In this document: piece after piece, positions 1-9,359 of the stretch
How positions within the stretch are numbered: the first letter of the stretch is position 1
Layout: the number at the start of each line of letters is the position of its first letter
IMG/VR virus record: IMGVR_UViG_3300044821_000127
Location: 3,361 to 67,360 of that record
DNA: 64,000 bases
Direction: 5' to 3' (one strand)
Origin: a virus
Notes under the pieces: model-generated
What the model was told of the DNA's origin: nothing
The model's database searches: none
The model's input: the letters and a program-made list of their open reading frames with translations, nothing else
Position numbers and translations under genes: made by a program

Positions 1-1
1 C

Positions 2-1363
2 AAGCACACTTCGGTTCTGGTAACTTCCTTCGCTGTCTCCATCGTCGAAGAACTAAAGTGCCGATTGGAAAAAACCCACTGCAACGTTCGTACAATGAAT
101 TCCCTCGGCCTCATGGCCTATCGAATGGGGATTAACAAAAACCCCGTTCTTGACAACAACAAACCGTACCGATTGCTCCGCCAACTTATCGCCGAAGAAG
201 GATTAAATATCCCCAAAGAAGACCAACCAATAATCCTCTCTATGTACCGCTCCGCCATGATTTCCGGCCTTGTACCTTCCGACTTCCCCAACGAAGGCTA
301 CACCCCCGACCTTCCTGAGATTTGGCAAAGCTTTGAAGTTGGTGCGGACGACACAGCAATTTTTGCCGCAAGGCTATTACTTATCCGCTCCATCCAAGAA
401 GGTCTAACCGGTACCATTTCCTTTGACGATCAAATCTACCTTTCCGTTTTGTTCGGCGGCAAGTTCCCCCGCTTCGCTTGCGTTCTTGTCGATGAAGCCC
501 AAGACCTTTCCATTCTCCAGCACAAGATGATTGAAAAGTGCGCCGTAAGCCGCATCATGTGCTTTGGGGACGAACTCCAATCGATTTACTTCTTCCGCAC
601 AAGAACTAGCAACTCGTTTCGGGAATTACAAAAGTTGCGGCCGGCTTGGCAGCACAAGCCCCTTACCATGTCCTTCCGCTGCCCCAAGCTCATTGTTGAG
701 CGTAACGCCCACCATGCCCTGGGCTTCCGCGCCGCGCCCGGCAACCTCCAAGGCTCTTTCCGTTACTACAATGAGCCCTGGTACCTCACCCACGCGCCGT
801 CCATTGCCGTGCTATGCCGCAACAATGCCCCGCTCATTTCCCTAGCCTTCAAGCTATTAAAGAATAGAATTCCGGTAAATTTCCTCGGCAAAGACATTGG
901 AAAATCCCTAATTGCCCTATTTAATAAAATCTGCCCCGACAAAACCACCCCGGTGGATCAGATCGCCCAGTTAATTTCCGACTGGGAAAGTAAAGAGAAA
1001 GGACTTGCCGCCGATGATGAGGCGAAGAAGGAAAACATTGGTGATCGCGCCGCATGCCTTCTTACTATCATCGATGGCGAGTGCCGTTCCGCGCGAGACT
1101 TTCTTTTCAAGCTGGAAAGCATATTTAACTCCAAGGGCGAAATCACCCTCTCCACCATCCATCGCGCCAAAGGTCTTGAATGGGAAACCGTCTACCACCT
1201 TGACCCCTGGCGCCTTGATCCCGAAAGGCTTTTCGACCGCTTCGATAAAGGTAGTCTAACCGAGGAACAACTATCTCAAGAGTTGAATAGTAAGTATGTT
1301 CTTGAGACCAGAACAAAGAATAACTTAATTGAAGCTCCCGTCAACCTATTTACTTTTAGGTGA
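2..1363 (+). CDS. UvrD/Rep-family SF1 helicase (5' partial)
   Basis: Frame is open from window start; motifs VLVTSF..IVEEL (Ia), VLVDEAQD (II), GDELQSIYFFR (III), LTMSFRCP (IV), STIHRAKGLEW (V), YVLETRTK (VI). Confidence 0.9.
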   Translation, partial: KHTSVLVTSFAVSIVEELKCRLEKTHCNVRTMNSLGLMAYRMGINKNPVLDNNKPYRLLRQLIAEEGLNIPKEDQPIILSMYRSAMISGLVPSDFPNEGYTPDLPEIWQSFEVGADDTAIFAARLLLIRSIQEGLTGTISFDDQIYLSVLFGGKFPRFACVLVDEAQDLSILQHKMIEKCAVSRIMCFGDELQSIYFFRTRTSNSFRELQKLRPAWQHKPLTMSFRCPKLIVERNAHHALGFRAAPGNLQGSFRYYNEPWYLTHAPSIAVLCRNNAPLISLAFKLLKNRIPVNFLGKDIGKSLIALFNKICPDKTTPVDQIAQLISDWESKEKGLAADDEAKKENIGDRAACLLTIIDGECRSARDFLFKLESIFNSKGEITLSTIHRAKGLEWETVYHLDPWRLDPERLFDRFDKGSLTEEQLSQELNSKYVLETRTKNNLIEAPVNLFTFR

Positions 1364-1366
1364 GAA

Positions 1367-1561
1367 ATGAGACACAAATGGTCCGGTTGGCCAGGCGCAA
1401 TCTGCTTAAACTGTGGCATTTCAGACCCAATTGAAGAAGCCCTTGCTGACAACTTATTTGATCCACTTACAGACATATGGAAGGATGAAAAACAAGAGGA
1501 AATAACCATGTGGAAAATGTCATGTTGCCCGCCCTTGCCTCTCCCGGAGCGGTTAAAATGA
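1367..1561 (+). CDS. small hypothetical protein with CxxC
   Basis: ORF tightly packed after helicase; CLNCG. Confidence 0.55.
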   Translation: MRHKWSGWPGAICLNCGISDPIEEALADNLFDPLTDIWKDEKQEEITMWKMSCCPPLPLPERLK

Positions 1562-1737
1562 AACTCACCAAAGGCTACACCGACCGACTTGATAGAATTA
1601 TTTGGCTAGTAATCGAAGGAACCGACGCCGCCCACAACATAGATCTACTATCCTTCGAACACAATCTCCTAAAAATAATCTCCCATTGCGAAATCATGCT
1701 GGCTTGGATTGAGTTAAAGAAGAAGGCGGAGGAATAA
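1558..1737 (+). CDS. hypothetical protein
   Basis: ATGA overlap with upstream stop; start refined to MKLTKG. Confidence 0.55.
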   Translation: MKLTKGYTDRLDRIIWLVIEGTDAAHNIDLLSFEHNLLKIISHCEIMLAWIELKKKAEE

Positions 1738-1738
1738 A

Positions 1739-1987
1739 ATGGAAAAGACCATCCCTTGCCCAAAATGCTCCCGCCTCTTCGCCACTGAAAATGACCTATC
1801 CCAACACAAGCGATGGAAAGGCCATGGCGAGCCCAAGTCTACTTACCCCAAACACAACTTGTACAAGAAACGTGACGTGGACGAAGAACTATTTACCGAC
1901 ATGTTCGATGGTCTTCCCGATGGGGCGTTTTTCGCTTTGGCGGAGGAATTTGGGCTTGATATAGAAGATTTTATTGAGGAGGATTAA
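1739..1987 (+). CDS. C2H2 zinc-finger protein with acidic tail
   Basis: CPKCSRLF...LSQHKRWKGH; GGAGG RBS. Confidence 0.7.
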   Translation: MEKTIPCPKCSRLFATENDLSQHKRWKGHGEPKSTYPKHNLYKKRDVDEELFTDMFDGLPDGAFFALAEEFGLDIEDFIEED

Positions 1988-2147
1988 ATGTGGTTAAATG
2001 TGCTAGGCGGGATACTATTTGGTGCTGGATTTTCCGTAATTCTACCCGAAAATCTGTCACCGTCACTTCAAGTTATTGCATTTCTTGCAATAATTATTGG
2101 AATACAACTTCAAATTATTGGTAATATTAATATTTGGAGAAAATAAA

Positions 2148-2612
2148 ATGACCATCCAAACTTTTACCGCTCCGCTCATGGGGGCTTTCCACCGCATGAA
2201 AGACCTCGAAAAGCCCGTTCCGGCCGTGGGCATCCTTTCCGTACTACCATCCGGCTTTCCCCTCTATCTCCTCCGTGAGCCCGAAAACACCTCCGATGAA
2301 AATGCCGTCAAGGTACTTCTGAGTAGTTCCGACCTCGAAGAACAAAACATCGACATGGACAAACTCGAAGAAGCCATCAACCCCTACGGCTTCATCGTGG
2401 AAGACATCGTGGCCGATGAATATTGGCATGTCGGATATATTGCTAAGGAGTTTGCCGTTCATCTTACCAAACTACTAATCCCAAGTCTTGTAATGACGGA
2501 CGAAGGAGAGGAAGAACTTGAGCCCGAATATTCCGCCCACCTAACCTTTTTCACCAATAATCGTGGCAAGCAGCAAAATGCCGTGGTAATTGAGATGGAT
2601 ATTGGAGAATAA
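2148..2612 (+). CDS. HIRAN-domain protein
   Basis: LLREPENTSDENAVKV...HVGYIAKE is the HIRAN signature; GGAG RBS before ATG 2148. Confidence 0.75.
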   Translation: MTIQTFTAPLMGAFHRMKDLEKPVPAVGILSVLPSGFPLYLLREPENTSDENAVKVLLSSSDLEEQNIDMDKLEEAINPYGFIVEDIVADEYWHVGYIAKEFAVHLTKLLIPSLVMTDEGEEELEPEYSAHLTFFTNNRGKQQNAVVIEMDIGE

Positions 2613-2613
2613 A

Positions 2614-3012
2614 ATGGATATTGTAAATAGCTACTTCAAACAATTCTACCCAGAGGAAATTAATGCAGAAGATTTTCGTTTTACGACAATGCTCGGCGGA
2701 ATGAAACAATTTTGTCCTATTTTACCAACAGAAATAGATACAATTTTTCCACGAATGGAAATGATAGATGGATTTAGCATGTCAGTTCAAGGCCATTTTG
2801 GTGCATACTCTCAACCTCGCGATGATTTTGCCGAAAAATATTTTACAGTCGAAGTAGGCTTTCCCTCAAATGCCGAAGAACTGTTAATGTCATTTGCAGA
2901 TGATTCGGACAATCCTACCGAAACTGTTTATGGCTATGTACCAATTAGTATAATTGAGGAAATAATTGCCAAGCATGGTGGCTTAGTCAATAAAATTAAG
3001 GAAAAAGAATAA
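2614..3012 (+). CDS. hypothetical phage protein
   Basis: GGAG RBS; packed in operon. Confidence 0.65.
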   Translation: MDIVNSYFKQFYPEEINAEDFRFTTMLGGMKQFCPILPTEIDTIFPRMEMIDGFSMSVQGHFGAYSQPRDDFAEKYFTVEVGFPSNAEELLMSFADDSDNPTETVYGYVPISIIEEIIAKHGGLVNKIKEKE

Positions 3013-3233
3013 TGCTCTACGACCACAAAATCCTTCTCTTCCATCTAAATTCCGCTGTGGCCAGAGAAGTCACCCTGACCTGCGACTCCCACAAGGATGC
3101 AAAAAAGCTGTCCTTTGCCTTTCGCCACCTCCGAACTAACATGCTAACGGTAAAGATTTCTGTGAAAGATAATGAAGTAATCCTAACCCCCAGACCATTG
3201 GTAAAGTTTGAAGTGAAGGAATCTCAGCCATGA
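3012..3233 (+). CDS. hypothetical protein
   Basis: TAATG coupling. Confidence 0.6.
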   Translation: MLYDHKILLFHLNSAVAREVTLTCDSHKDAKKLSFAFRHLRTNMLTVKISVKDNEVILTPRPLVKFEVKESQP

Positions 3234-3760
3234 CCACCGTAGATGGATTGTCGATCAAGGACGGTGACGTTTTCCACTGGTCCTATCTTCGCGAAGTGAA
3301 ACACGGAGACTATTCGTACTGGTGCAAGTCACAGATTGCCATCGCCAAAGACGGGTTGCTTGTCGATACTTATTGCGATAGCTCCGCGCACTGGTCTTAC
3401 GAAGATGCGCCGAAGAAGCTAGATCTCACCTTCCTCGGGAACCTCGCCGATTTAGTGAACGTCCCAGAATACAACAGGGAATACTACGCCGACTCCGACA
3501 TCGTAAATCTTAATCATGCTAACTCTTCGAGGGGCAATTTCTACATCCGTCGTGGCGCCCAACGCAGCAAGGAGAAGATGCTGGAGACGGCGCATTACAA
3601 GATGGAGAAGGCCCAGAAAGAACTTGCTTTGGAATATACCGCCCGATTTGGCAAAACCCACAAAGTGGATTTGCGATCGGCGCAACAGGCTATCGAACGC
3701 TTTGTGGCGACGATCAAGAAGATAGAAGAGGCGTCCGACCTTGCGGAGATTTATTTATGA
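3230..3760 (+). CDS. hypothetical protein carrying an in-frame insert copied from the DenV-like gene
   Basis: ATGA overlap; GC-richer codon style; contains KELALEYTARFGKTHK. Confidence 0.7.
   Translation: MTTVDGLSIKDGDVFHWSYLREVKHGDYSYWCKSQIAIAKDGLLVDTYCDSSAHWSYEDAPKKLDLTFLGNLADLVNVPEYNREYYADSDIVNLNHANSSRGNFYIRRGAQRSKEKMLETAHYKMEKAQKELALEYTARFGKTHKVDLRSAQQAIERFVATIKKIEEASDLAEIYL
3617..3664 (+). repeat. 48-bp exact direct repeat, copy 1 (copy 2 at 5349-5396)
   Basis: AAAGAACTTGCTTTGGAATATACCGCCCGATTTGGCAAAACCCACAAA present at both sites. Confidence 0.95.
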
Positions 3761-4104
3761 CCATCAACGAGAAAGCCCTGTTTATCGCAATAATCGCAAC
3801 AATTACTCTTTTTGGCGTACTGTATCTTTTTGGCGTGCTGGACGTGGCCCAGTCGTCAGAGAAACCGCAGGATCAATTGTACGTAAGGTCGACAGGCTCA
3901 ACAAGCAATCTTGCCAATCTCACTCAGCCAACCACGCTAACCTTAGCCGTTGGTCAAGGTATTCTCGTGACGATCCATCCTGATGGAAGAATAGATCGCG
4001 GCCCAGCGTTCACTACGACTGACCAAGCCAGTCTAGATTTCTGGCGTGTCATTGACGAGGCTTTCCCACGGTTTCTTGAGCAGAAAGGAAAGGCCCAGCC
4101 ATGA
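3757..4104 (+). CDS. membrane-anchored or exported hypothetical protein
   Basis: N-terminal hydrophobic stretch ALFIAIIATITLFGVLYLFGVL. Confidence 0.65.
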   Translation: MTINEKALFIAIIATITLFGVLYLFGVLDVAQSSEKPQDQLYVRSTGSTSNLANLTQPTTLTLAVGQGILVTIHPDGRIDRGPAFTTTDQASLDFWRVIDEAFPRFLEQKGKAQP

Positions 4105-4280
4105 CCCGCAATGAGGCTAACAAAAAGGCCGAGGCCGATGCCATGAACTTCGGCACTGGGTTTGTCTTGCGAACGAATGGTGGATGGGACGCGCCTAGCC
4201 CACATGACGTGTTTGTAATTAAAAACACACAAAAATGGGCGGCGTCCAACTGCACCAAGAAGAAGGATACCCGGCCATGA
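4101..4280 (+). CDS. hypothetical protein (59 aa, MTRNEANKKA...)
   Basis: Translated by hand; ATGA overlaps at both ends. Confidence 0.55.
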   Translation: MTRNEANKKAEADAMNFGTGFVLRTNGGWDAPSPHDVFVIKNTQKWAASNCTKKKDTRP

Positions 4281-4684
4281 GCCGCTATACAAAGATCCTG
4301 ACGAGACTACGGGAGGCGACGGGGCCGGATCGGAAACTGGACGCGGCCATAATCAAGGCGCTGTTCCCGCGTTGTCGCATTCTGCCCTATTCAGCTTATA
4401 CGATTTGGTGCAGAGAACCTGGCAAAGACTGGGGATGGGAGAAGCTTGAGGGGCTCACTGCCAGCATCGACGCCGTCTTTGCGCTGATCGGGGAGATGTT
4501 GCCGGGATGGAACTGGGGGGTATATAAAATAGCGGCAGAGGTTTTCTTCTGTGTTTTGTCGCCGCCTCCTACGCACCCAAACTGTATCATGGATGTCGTT
4601 GCCGAAAGTCAAAAGTGCACCGCCCCACTCGCCATTCTGACGACCCTATTCCACGCGCTTGAAGCGCAGGAGGTAGAAAAATGA
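4277..4684 (+). CDS. hypothetical phage protein (ABA-sandwich-like)
   Basis: ATGPDRKLDAAI...TASIDA..L...LPGW pattern common in proteobacterial phages. Confidence 0.55.
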   Translation: MSRYTKILTRLREATGPDRKLDAAIIKALFPRCRILPYSAYTIWCREPGKDWGWEKLEGLTASIDAVFALIGEMLPGWNWGVYKIAAEVFFCVLSPPPTHPNCIMDVVAESQKCTAPLAILTTLFHALEAQEVEK

Positions 4685-4848
4685 TTGGGACTTCTCTTAT
4701 GCTATTTTTGTTTTCTTGGTTCCTCGCCACAGAAAGTAAAGAACTTAATGATGTAGATAACTCCAAAACTGTAGCACTACTTATCACAGTTATTATTGCC
4801 TTGTGCGGCTTTGGGCTTGATGCAGCAATTACTTACATAGTAAAATAA
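4681..4848 (+). CDS. small membrane protein
   Basis: Translated by hand; two hydrophobic segments; AGGAGG RBS. Confidence 0.5.
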   Translation: MIGTSLMLFLFSWFLATESKELNDVDNSKTVALLITVIIALCGFGLDAAITYIVK

Positions 4849-4851
4849 CCC

Positions 4852-5118
4852 ATGCACGCCCCGCACCGTTCCGATTACTTAATCTTCCTCCTAGTAATCT
4901 GCCTCTTCGGGGCGGGCGCGGCGGCTTTCTACTGTCCAACCATCCCCATTCCACCAACCCCAAACATAACCCTAGACCAAACCCCTATGCAGAAATATTG
5001 CACCCCAATTTGGCAAAAAACCAAACACACAATTTCTGTCCTTGGAATAACCTACCAAGTAATGGTGTCCCACAACTGTGGTACGCAATATAAAGGTGAA
5101 AAGGTTAGAAAGAAATGA
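4852..5118 (+). CDS. membrane-anchored hypothetical protein
   Basis: N-terminal TM segment followed by Pro-rich linker. Confidence 0.55.
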   Translation: MHAPHRSDYLIFLLVICLFGAGAAAFYCPTIPIPPTPNITLDQTPMQKYCTPIWQKTKHTISVLGITYQVMVSHNCGTQYKGEKVRKK

Positions 5119-5594
5119 ACATCTTCGTTACCCACCCATCCCCGTTCCGGTCCGCCATCGCCCTCGATGACCGCCGATTAATCAAAATGATCCTGGAAAC
5201 CGCTCAACTTCTCAGTACTGCCGTTCAATCCATTCCAGGCTTTGCCCTCGAAATCTACCCTCTTTACAAACCTACCCATGCCAACCACCCATGTTCCATT
5301 TGGGCGCGCAGCAGTCAATTTCGTTTTACCTGGCTTTACATACATGGAAAAGAACTTGCTTTGGAATATACCGCCCGATTTGGCAAAACCCACAAAAGCG
5401 TTGCCGTTCTTGACGTTTGCTTTACCTACGTTGGTATCTTCCCATCCAATTCCGACCCTCTCGATTTTGACAACTGCACCCCCTACAAACACCTTCCAGT
5501 CTTCGAAGCTTATAAGCAAACCCTTCGTGACAAGTGGCAAGCTGATGGTGACCGCGCCAAATGGACAAATTCCCAACCCCCGGAATGGAAGTAA
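5115..5594 (+). CDS. pyrimidine-dimer DNA glycosylase/endonuclease V-like protein
   Basis: MNIF..DDRRLIKMILETAQLLST..YKPTHANHPCSIW..EYTARFGKTHKS family pattern. Confidence 0.85.
   Translation: MNIFVTHPSPFRSAIALDDRRLIKMILETAQLLSTAVQSIPGFALEIYPLYKPTHANHPCSIWARSSQFRFTWLYIHGKELALEYTARFGKTHKSVAVLDVCFTYVGIFPSNSDPLDFDNCTPYKHLPVFEAYKQTLRDKWQADGDRAKWTNSQPPEWK
5349..5396 (+). repeat. 48-bp exact direct repeat, copy 2 (likely donor)
   Basis: Encodes the conserved EY..RFGK.HK motif of the family, so it is native here. Confidence 0.95.
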
Positions 5595-5598
5595 GTAA

Positions 5599-5814
5599 AT
5601 GAATAATATGTATGAAACCTCCCTCCGCCTCGGTAAATACCGCATTCGAAAAGAAGAAGCCGACATCCTCTACTCTCGCGCAATCGCCGTCCTAGAGTTA
5701 GGGGATTTCAATTCCGCAAATTCCCTTCTCTTGTCAGCTAGTCGAAATGAAACAGTGGCAAGTGAACTACTTGCAGAAATTGAGGGGCTAAAAAATGAAA
5801 CCCGCGCCCGTTGA
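5599..5814 (+). CDS. hypothetical protein
   Basis: Packed ORF. Confidence 0.55.
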   Translation: MNNMYETSLRLGKYRIRKEEADILYSRAIAVLELGDFNSANSLLLSASRNETVASELLAEIEGLKNETRAR

Positions 5815-5886
5815 ATGGGGGACGGTAGTAATCGCCGCCCTTGCAACTGCCGTTATTCTTTCCGCTATGTTTGGATGGATAGAGAT

Positions 5887-6141
5887 ATGACCCCCGAAGA
5901 CTACGCCCTGCTCTCCACCACCGCCTATCCCGCCCTGTACCAAATCTCCCTTCTAATGGATCGGGGCGTAGAATATTCCTCCCCCTTCTTCCTTGTCCCG
6001 CAAGAACTCTTCTCCGATGCCTTCGTCGAAATGGTAAGATTTTGTGCTAAGACGGGGAGTAAGATGACCATGTATGACGGAGAGGTAGATAAGAATAACT
6101 TCTTGTTCAAGGGACTTTTTGTAACTTTTATTGAGGAATAA
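5887..6141 (+). CDS. hypothetical protein
   Basis: Start refined to MTPEDY. Confidence 0.55.
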   Translation: MTPEDYALLSTTAYPALYQISLLMDRGVEYSSPFFLVPQELFSDAFVEMVRFCAKTGSKMTMYDGEVDKNNFLFKGLFVTFIEE

Positions 6142-6243
6142 GTTATTGAATAACACACCCATCCCTTGTGAAATTATCTTGCGTGACGGCGCTGCGCCGC
6201 CCCCTCCCATGGTCGATTTCGTGGGCCGTGGCGCCCATCACCC

Positions 6244-6272
6244 TTGACACCCACCCCACCCCATGCCACACT
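6244..6272 (+). promoter_or_regulatory. putative sigma70 promoter
   Basis: TTGACA-N17-CACACT with TG at the extended -10 position, in an intergenic gap. Confidence 0.45.
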
Positions 6273-6541
6273 ATGCACTCAGCCCAGCCGTCCTGCGGAG
6301 CACCATCAGATGAAAATCAAAGTAACAACTCCCACCCCACTACCGCTACCCACCGAATGGTACTGTTTAGAAATGACCCAAGCAGTTGTTGTAGCGGCAG
6401 CTAATGCTAATCCGCCATGGAAATAGTTGCACTCACTTGTGATTATGTTTTAGCAGAAAAACTTGCAATCAGTATGAGCGAAATGTCTCAAGGACTTATT
6501 GGAGTGTTAAATTTGACTAGCGGCTTGGTTACCGTGCCATA

Positions 6542-6757
6542 ATGTCCTCCCCTAAAGAATTTCTCCCCCTTCTCTACCAAGCAATGGCGACCCCGTTTGG
6601 AATTGAATTCCCCACTTCCGATGTAACCCGCCTGCGCGCCCGCCTCTATGCCGCCCGATCGGCTTCAAAAGATCCAAGCCTAAGCTGCTTACAGTTCCGT
6701 GACACCCCAAATAATGATGCCGTTTGGATTGTGAAAGGACAGAGTAAAGATGAATGA
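6542..6757 (+). CDS. hypothetical phage protein
   Basis: ORF in early operon. Confidence 0.6.
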   Translation: MSSPKEFLPLLYQAMATPFGIEFPTSDVTRLRARLYAARSASKDPSLSCLQFRDTPNNDAVWIVKGQSKDE

Positions 6758-6769
6758 GGAGATAAACTA

Positions 6770-7000
6770 ATGGGATATTCCCCAGGATCAGTAGATGATG
6801 CAAGACTTCATTCTGTTGCCGATATTGACGTAGAAGTTTATTGCGGTTACATTGAAGTTCGTATTACTGACGAAGTTACCGGCATTCTTTGTTGTTTGAA
6901 TGTAGAAGGTGCAAGAAAATTGGCAGGTTATTTGGAATTGTTAGCAGACATGTTGGAAAAAGGTACTTACCAATGCCCAAGCCCGCCGAAGAACCCATAA
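6770..7000 (+). CDS. hypothetical protein
   Basis: GAGGAG RBS. Confidence 0.6.
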   Translation: MGYSPGSVDDARLHSVADIDVEVYCGYIEVRITDEVTGILCCLNVEGARKLAGYLELLADMLEKGTYQCPSPPKNP

Positions 7001-7170
7001 CCCGCATCCATATCCAACCCTATTCCCGAGACTTGGAAATCCTCCAAACTTATTTCGGCGATAACATCGGTGTATCCCCCGCCATTCGCAAGATCATCCG
7101 TAGTTGGTTGGAGACAAATAACATCCTGCTAAAGCATCGGGCAAAAGAAATAGAGGAGATGATATTGTGA
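6973..7170 (+). CDS. small possible ribbon-helix-helix DNA-binding protein
   Basis: TRIHIQPYSRDLEILQ...VSPAIRKII resembles RHH; start refined. Confidence 0.4.
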   Translation: MPKPAEEPITRIHIQPYSRDLEILQTYFGDNIGVSPAIRKIIRSWLETNNILLKHRAKEIEEMIL

Positions 7171-7265
7171 TTGACATTCCTTCGTTGTTAAATGGAATAA
7201 TCTTGGGTGTATTAATTATGAATATTCCTTTGGCTATAATTTATTTAATAAATTTGCCAAGGAGA

Positions 7266-7480
7266 TAAATATTTCAGTAGCCCCACTACATGACGGCGGT
7301 GAACAAGGCGAGTGGTTAGGTTACCATTTCTCGCCTCACTTGGACGGTGGTAAGCCTCCAATTTCCGCCCAATAGTCGAAAGGCAATTTATTCCATCCCG
7401 CCATTGTGGCAGTAAACGGTATAAGTTGCCCACACTGACAAACCAGTGTTCCGGTATGTAGTGGGGCTTCCTAAATATTT
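7266..7480. ncRNA. candidate structured ncRNA (~200 nt)
   Basis: 13-bp terminal stem AGCCCCACTACAT (7279-7291)/ATGTAGTGGGGCT (7456-7468) enclosing several hairpins; intergenic. Confidence 0.6.
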
Positions 7481-7492
7481 GGAGAAAACTTA

Positions 7493-7747
7493 ATGCCTGA
7501 AATAAATCCCATACAGGGCCTAAAGCTCCTTTCCGAGGCAACCGTAGACAGCCTCTCCGAACTCTTCAACCGCGACCCCCTCACCTATACCCATGAAGAC
7601 CGCGTAAGATTCGTTTCCGAGCTTCGAGCCCTTCGCGCTCGCTGGGCAGTAGCTGAGATGGCGGGAAAGAAATCTCTTCCCAAAGTCGATAAGCCCAAGG
7701 TGGAAAAATCCACCGCTGTGGCCGCCCCAAAAGATATGGATTTTTAA
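7493..7747 (+). CDS. hypothetical protein ending APKDMDF
   Basis: GGAG RBS; ORF. Confidence 0.7.
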   Translation: MPEINPIQGLKLLSEATVDSLSELFNRDPLTYTHEDRVRFVSELRALRARWAVAEMAGKKSLPKVDKPKVEKSTAVAAPKDMDF

Positions 7748-7761
7748 CCTTGCGAGAAAAA

Positions 7762-8052
7762 ATGAATGAAATAATTGAAAGAGTGGCAATAGAATTAATT
7801 AAAGACGAACTTAGGGCTTTTTCTCCTGAGATGATTGAAGAATTTGCCATAACAAATTGGTTTCAATTTTCTGATGAATTAAAGGAAAAATATCTTAGAC
7901 CTGCTCGGGCCGTTATTCTTGCAATGAGAGAGCCAACTATTGAAATGGAGAAAAAAGGACAATTAAAATGTGGAACAAAACCTCATATACAAGACCCTAA
8001 TTTACCTTCATTTTTTGTTTGGCAAGCAATGATTGACGAGGCATTAAAATAA
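7762..8052 (+). CDS. hypothetical phage protein
   Basis: IERVA..ARAVILAMREPT..M..VWQAMIDEAL pattern typical of alphaproteobacterial phages. Confidence 0.65.
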   Translation: MNEIIERVAIELIKDELRAFSPEMIEEFAITNWFQFSDELKEKYLRPARAVILAMREPTIEMEKKGQLKCGTKPHIQDPNLPSFFVWQAMIDEALK

Positions 8053-9005
8053 TGTCATTCCACTACGGCCCCAACAACTCCTTTTCCAAAACCCTCCCAT
8101 ATCTCCAACTTTATTGGGACAGCACCTCCCTTGGCCTTCTTAAAGAATGCCCCCGGAAATATTTCTACAGTATCATATGCGGCTACACCTCCCGCACCAC
8201 TTCCATTCATCTCACCTTTGGACTGTTATTCCATTCCTCCCTTGAATACTACGACCACATGAAATTTTCCGGCCTGGACCACGAAACGGCCCTTGAAAGG
8301 ACATTACAAAAAGTTCTCGAAGACACCTGGGATAAGGAACTAAAGCGCCCGATCGAAATGGACTCGGACAGCAAGACCCGTTCTGGGCTTATTCGTACCA
8401 TCGTGTGGTATCTAGACCAGTTCCAAAACGATCCCTTAGAAACAGTGAAACTCGCAAATGGAAAACCGGCGATTGAACTTTCCTTCCAGTTCGAAACTAG
8501 TTACAAATCACAATCAACTAATGAAAACTTTTTACTTTGCGGGCACCTCGATAAAGTTGCCAAGATGGATGGACGATCATATATTGTTGATAGAAAAACA
8601 ACTTCAACAACTTTATCCTCCTCCTACTTCGACAAATACTCCCCCGACAACCAATTCTCCCTTTACGACTTTGCCGGGAAAGTAATCTACGCCAACGATA
8701 TGAGTGGAATTATTGTCGATGCCGCCCAAGTCGCCGTTACCTTTTCTCGCTTCCAACGTCAAACTATCTTCCGCACCGATTCCGTACGAGAGGAATGGTA
8801 CAGAGATTTCGGCGAATATCTTTTTCTTGCCGAACGCTACGCGGAGAAAGAATATTGGCCGATGAACGACAAATCCTGCAATAACTACGGCGAGTGCCCA
8901 TTCCGCTCAATATGCTCAAAACCTGCTTCCATCCGTGAGCAATTCCTTCATGGGCTTTTCGGGCGAAGGACTTGGGATCCTACGGTTGCGCGAGGCGATA
9001 TTTGA
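8052..9005 (+). CDS. PD-(D/E)XK exonuclease, Cas4/RecB-like with Fe-S cysteines
   Basis: ECPRKY, GHLD, IVDRKT, NQFSLY and C-terminal CNNYGECPFRSIC. Confidence 0.85.
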   Translation: MSFHYGPNNSFSKTLPYLQLYWDSTSLGLLKECPRKYFYSIICGYTSRTTSIHLTFGLLFHSSLEYYDHMKFSGLDHETALERTLQKVLEDTWDKELKRPIEMDSDSKTRSGLIRTIVWYLDQFQNDPLETVKLANGKPAIELSFQFETSYKSQSTNENFLLCGHLDKVAKMDGRSYIVDRKTTSTTLSSSYFDKYSPDNQFSLYDFAGKVIYANDMSGIIVDAAQVAVTFSRFQRQTIFRTDSVREEWYRDFGEYLFLAERYAEKEYWPMNDKSCNNYGECPFRSICSKPASIREQFLHGLFGRRTWDPTVARGDI

Positions 9006-9040
9006 TTATTTTACAACTATTAACTAAAAGGGCTAAGAAG

Positions 9041-9358
9041 ATGATCGGACACGAATTACAAAACGCACAATACCAAGGAAACTCGCCAAAATCCCCAGAA
9101 GAACCAAAATTCCTTCAAGATCAAATAAGGTATTTAAGTACGGAACTTGATAGTATTAACATTTCAATTGTAAAATTGTCTGACATTGCCAATGCAATTT
9201 TTGGCGTAGAGCCGGAAGCCGTTATCCATGCTGCTTCAAGTAAAGAAGCTCAAACATCCAATACAATTGAAGAAAAATTCAACATTCTCCTAGCAAGGAT
9301 GCAAAGTGTACAAGCTAGGCTTTCTTCAGTTACCTCCCGTTTGCAAAGGCTCGCATAA
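9041..9358 (+). CDS. coiled-coil hypothetical protein
   Basis: Start refined. Confidence 0.55.
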   Translation: MIGHELQNAQYQGNSPKSPEEPKFLQDQIRYLSTELDSINISIVKLSDIANAIFGVEPEAVIHAASSKEAQTSNTIEEKFNILLARMQSVQARLSSVTSRLQRLA

Positions 9359-9359
9359 T

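Noticed and set aside
3617-5396. Diversity-generating retroelement TR/VR pair (suggested by the BPP-1-like virion module)
   Set aside because: The copies are identical with no adenine-specific mismatches, are short, are not in a fibre gene, and no reverse transcriptase is in the window.
7279-7468. Retron msr-msd or cobalamin riboswitch
   Set aside because: No RT gene is adjacent; CCCGCCATTGT resembles a cobalamin riboswitch motif but the AGGGAA and other core elements are missing.
8052-9005. CRISPR-Cas adaptation gene cas4
   Set aside because: No cas1/cas2 or array; the Sak4 and SSB context indicates a recombination exonuclease.
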